From a virus (Duplodnaviria; Heunggongvirae; Uroviricota; Caudoviricetes): DNA of 50,477 nucleotides. This document shows positions 47,683-50,477 of this stretch, in pieces (positions within the stretch are counted from its first letter, which is position 1; the number at the start of each line of letters is the position of its first letter). Location: the IMG/VR virus record IMGVR_UViG_2695420874_000004; one strand, written 5' to 3'. The notes under the pieces are model-generated. The model did no database searches and was not told the DNA's origin. It saw nothing but the letters and a program-made list of their open reading frames with translations. The position numbers were made by a program, and so were the translations under genes.

Positions 47683-48636
47683 ATGAGTAACTATACAGAA
47701 GATAATTTATTTGACAGCAAAACTAAAAAAGACGTCCAGAATTGCATTGCTGCAGGCATTGACATTAACACACTTAATGAACACGGTGAAAACGCCCTTT
47801 TCGGTTGCGACAGTATCGGGGCTTTAAAAGCCATGATTGAAGCAGGCATAGCGCTGAACCATACAGATTGTTATGGTAATAATGCCCTGTTTAGCAGAAA
47901 AAGCCCACGTGCAGTGAGGCTATTGATAAAGTCAGGTATTAACGTTCACCACAAAAATAATAAAGGCCAGTCCTGTCTTCACTGGCAGCGCTACGCCATA
48001 GATTGTGCGGAACTCCTCATAAACGCGGGCATTGATATCCACAGCACAGATAACGAAGGACAAACGCTTCTTTATGACCTCCTCGATCATGACGTCTTTG
48101 ATTACTGGGTAAATAAAGGGTGTGACATAAACCACAGAGATTATGGTGGCAAAGCGGTGCTGGATCTTCCGACTGACAACGAGTGGTGGATATATGATTT
48201 CAGTATTAATGCCCTCAAACGCCATGTTGATAGAATAGACAGCACGCCAGTATTATTTAAACATGTTTCAACTGAGGCTTTGCCTCTAATTGCTTTGCTT
48301 CATGAAAAAGGGCGTAATATCCTTATCGCTGAACACTGTTCCTTCGCATTATATGTCAAAAACATGAAGTACTTCTTTACCTCACTGAAAAAATATACCG
48401 ATATCAGTCATGTTCAGTTTTATAATTGTTATCATGATAAACATATTGGTATCTACACCGGCATAGAAAGTGTGAAATGGTTCATTCGAAATGGTATCCG
48501 AATGGACGACGATATACTCAGACAGCGTTCTGACTCCGATAAGATTTTTTCTTATATCGCAGCAAGAGAGAAAAAAGACCTGTTAAAAGAAATGAAGCCA
48601 GAGATCCCCCGTTCATCTGTACGAAAAAGACTCTAA
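47683..48636 (+). CDS. Ankyrin-repeat protein
   Basis: Repeated 33-aa units of pattern G-x-N/T-A/L-L...A...G...I/V...H/N...D...G (e.g. HGENALFGCDSIGALKAMIEAGIALNHTDCYGNNALF), at least four repeats, followed by an unrelated C-terminal region. Confidence 0.7.
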   Translation: MSNYTEDNLFDSKTKKDVQNCIAAGIDINTLNEHGENALFGCDSIGALKAMIEAGIALNHTDCYGNNALFSRKSPRAVRLLIKSGINVHHKNNKGQSCLHWQRYAIDCAELLINAGIDIHSTDNEGQTLLYDLLDHDVFDYWVNKGCDINHRDYGGKAVLDLPTDNEWWIYDFSINALKRHVDRIDSTPVLFKHVSTEALPLIALLHEKGRNILIAEHCSFALYVKNMKYFFTSLKKYTDISHVQFYNCYHDKHIGIYTGIESVKWFIRNGIRMDDDILRQRSDSDKIFSYIAAREKKDLLKEMKPEIPRSSVRKRL

Positions 48637-48837
48637 AACTCTGGAGTAAACAACCCTTTTCTTAGTCTGCAAGGATTCATTTAATGACCATTAATCTGAT
48701 ATGTCCTCGTGGGTATACTATTTGTCAAATGGTATACCTTTTTTAATCCAGATAATTAAATTATTTATCCCGTAACAACTTGACTTATTCATTTCATCGG
48801 TTATCTGTAGTAATAAACATGAAATAAAAGGATAACT

Positions 48838-49245
48838 ATGAACAGTGACATGAGTAATGATGATGATATAACCAGAGTATCAAAACGCGGTAAATTCCAT
48901 ACTGACAAATTTCCTGAGAATGAAATACGACATCACTGCATCAGTGTCAGATTAAATGAAGAAGAATTAATTATTCTCGACAGTAAAAGAGGTCAGTATA
49001 AAAAAGGAGAATGGCTCAGGATGGCTTCCCTGAATAAACTCCCGCCGGTTCTGCCAGAAATCAATCGTGAAGCATGGATAAAACTTGGCAGCCTTTCACA
49101 GGATTTAAACTACCTGTTGAGTCATCTCGACAGCAAAAGCCCTGACAGCGAACTGACCCGTACAGAACTCTTCGCCCTGCGCAGACAAATCAAAACTCTC
49201 AGGGATCACCTTATTCCCTCAACATTTCTGGAGTCAGACCCATGA
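48838..49245 (+). CDS. MobC-like relaxosome accessory protein
   Basis: 135-aa protein immediately upstream of and overlapping the relaxase gene; the central ...SVRLNEEELIILDSKRGQ... region resembles MobC family proteins. Confidence 0.6.
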   Translation: MNSDMSNDDDITRVSKRGKFHTDKFPENEIRHHCISVRLNEEELIILDSKRGQYKKGEWLRMASLNKLPPVLPEINREAWIKLGSLSQDLNYLLSHLDSKSPDSELTRTELFALRRQIKTLRDHLIPSTFLESDP

Positions 49246-50477
49246 AAGGCATGCAGAAAATAAAAAGGGGTAAACAATTCACAGGTGTGGTTATTTATAG
49301 CCTGAAGTCAGGTTCTCACCACAAAATCACGCCTTATGTCATCGGTGGCAACATGACGGGTAGCACTGCTGCTGAGCTTATAAGTGAATTTGAAGGCACC
49401 CGACTGCTGCGTCCCGATGTCGCCAAACCTGTCTGGCATAATTCACTTCGCCTGCCAAAGGGTGAGAAACTGTCAAACAGACAGTGGGCAGCATTCGCTG
49501 ACGATTATATGGCCCGAATGGGCTTCACTGACACCCATCTTCGCTGCTATATCATGCACGATGATCCGGATGGGCAGCATATTCATATCATTGCAAGTCG
49601 TATTAACATGGTCGGTGGAAAACTGTACCTGGGGAAAAATGAAAATCTTATCGGCACACGGATTATCAGTGAGCTGGAGAGAGTACACGGCCTCACCGAA
49701 ACTACGGGTGTAACCGGCAGTAGCCGCCAGGATAAAAGGAAGCCTTCCCGTAATGAACTGATGATGGCAGAACGCACAGCAGCTCCCTGCCCTAAGTCAC
49801 TGTTGCAGGCCCTGCTCGACAATGCATTAACACACCATCCCGATTTACTAACCTTTGTTCGCTTACTGGAACAGGAAGGAGTGACCTGCAAACCCAATAT
49901 CGCCACTACGGGTAAAATGAGTGGATTTTCATTTCAATACCAGGGTATTGCCTTTAAAGCATCTCAGTTGGGTAAAAAATATGGCTGGTCTTCCCTGCAA
50001 GCACTGATTGATTTTACGCCTGAGCATCTGAGTTTACTGAAAGAAGCCCAGAGGCCAATAGAACCTACAACCGCGCCAGTGCCAGTGCCAGTGCCAGTGC
50101 CAGTGCCAGTGCCAGTGCCATCATGCGAGTCTGAAGAGCAGGCTGCAAACCGGGAAACGATTCTGGAGAAAATCCATCAGCTTGAAGAAAAAATTCGTCT
50201 GGAAAGACAACAGGAGACAGTGGGTATCATCCAGCTCAGGAGCAATCTGCACAATACAGCTCGTCAGATACCCCGCCAGCGTCGTCTGTATTCATGGCTT
50301 GTATTGCTCGTCCATATTGTGGCACTTCTCAGGCGCAGAGGCATGTCTCTGTTACATGCCACTGCACATCCTTTCCACCAAATCCTCCACCTACATATTC
50401 TGACACCCTGTCATCCCATGACAACAAATACCAATAAAGAACAATCATTTAAAAACAACAACCATCCTGCACCATAA
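49242..50477 (+). CDS. Relaxase (MobA/VirD2-family mobilisation nuclease)
   Basis: HDDPDGQHIHIIASRIN has the H-x-D...H-x-H relaxase motif; central (PV)n linker; stop codon is the last three bases of the window. Confidence 0.8.
   Translation: MKGMQKIKRGKQFTGVVIYSLKSGSHHKITPYVIGGNMTGSTAAELISEFEGTRLLRPDVAKPVWHNSLRLPKGEKLSNRQWAAFADDYMARMGFTDTHLRCYIMHDDPDGQHIHIIASRINMVGGKLYLGKNENLIGTRIISELERVHGLTETTGVTGSSRQDKRKPSRNELMMAERTAAPCPKSLLQALLDNALTHHPDLLTFVRLLEQEGVTCKPNIATTGKMSGFSFQYQGIAFKASQLGKKYGWSSLQALIDFTPEHLSLLKEAQRPIEPTTAPVPVPVPVPVPVPVPSCESEEQAANRETILEKIHQLEEKIRLERQQETVGIIQLRSNLHNTARQIPRQRRLYSWLVLLVHIVALLRRRGMSLLHATAHPFHQILHLHILTPCHPMTTNTNKEQSFKNNNHPAP
50076..50120 (+). repeat. Hexanucleotide tandem repeat (CCAGTG)7 inside the relaxase gene
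   Basis: Seven perfect CCAGTG units encoding a Pro-Val linker. Confidence 0.9.

Larger units (their letters stand above)
36458..50477. mobile_element. ssrA-associated integrative island with P4-type integrase and mobilisation genes (right boundary beyond the window)
   Basis: P4/CP4-57 IntA-like integrase immediately after the ssrA 3' repeat; mostly AT-rich cargo; MobC and relaxase genes at the window end. Confidence 0.6.

Noticed and set aside
50076-50120. Considered whether the short tandem repeats could be a CRISPR array
   Set aside because: Units are 6 bp with no spacers and lie inside a coding frame; nothing CRISPR-like was seen anywhere in the window.
37854-50477. Looked for another copy of the ssrA 3' repeat that would mark the right end of the island
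   Set aside because: None seen by eye in the remainder of the window; the island boundary is probably beyond the window end.

Overview
The window opens with the housekeeping pair smpB (1..483) and the tmRNA gene ssrA (698..1060), which look E. coli-like from memory. Everything downstream is horizontally acquired DNA inserted at the ssrA 3' end, in two tandem elements. Element 1 (about 1061..36457) is a complete P2/186-family prophage, closed on the right by a 45-bp direct repeat of the ssrA 3' end (36413..36457). It carries the full tail, baseplate, lysis, head and packaging gene sets, the A/B replication genes and a 186-type CI/integrase lysogeny module. It also has a Gin-type invertase with an invertible tail-fibre segment, three Ogr-type late-promoter dyads and the E/E' frameshift site. 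Its AT-rich cargo includes a Septu-like ATPase + HNH pair between Q and a putative cos site, an unknown gene in the S/V slot, a WYL+BRCT protein next to attL, a membrane protein between int and attR, a Dam methylase and a DinI-like gene. Element 2 (36458 to the window end, right boundary not seen) starts with a P4/CP4-57-type integrase and is mostly AT-rich. It carries a serine recombinase with two ParB-like genes, an ankyrin-repeat gene and a MobC + relaxase pair. Its most interesting content is a translationally coupled operon of a NACHT-type STAND NTPase followed by a RelA/SpoT-like nucleotidyltransferase (42524..45534), which I flag as the best candidate for an undescribed two-gene anti-phage system. 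All calls rest on reading the supplied translations and DNA by eye; no database search or computation was run.
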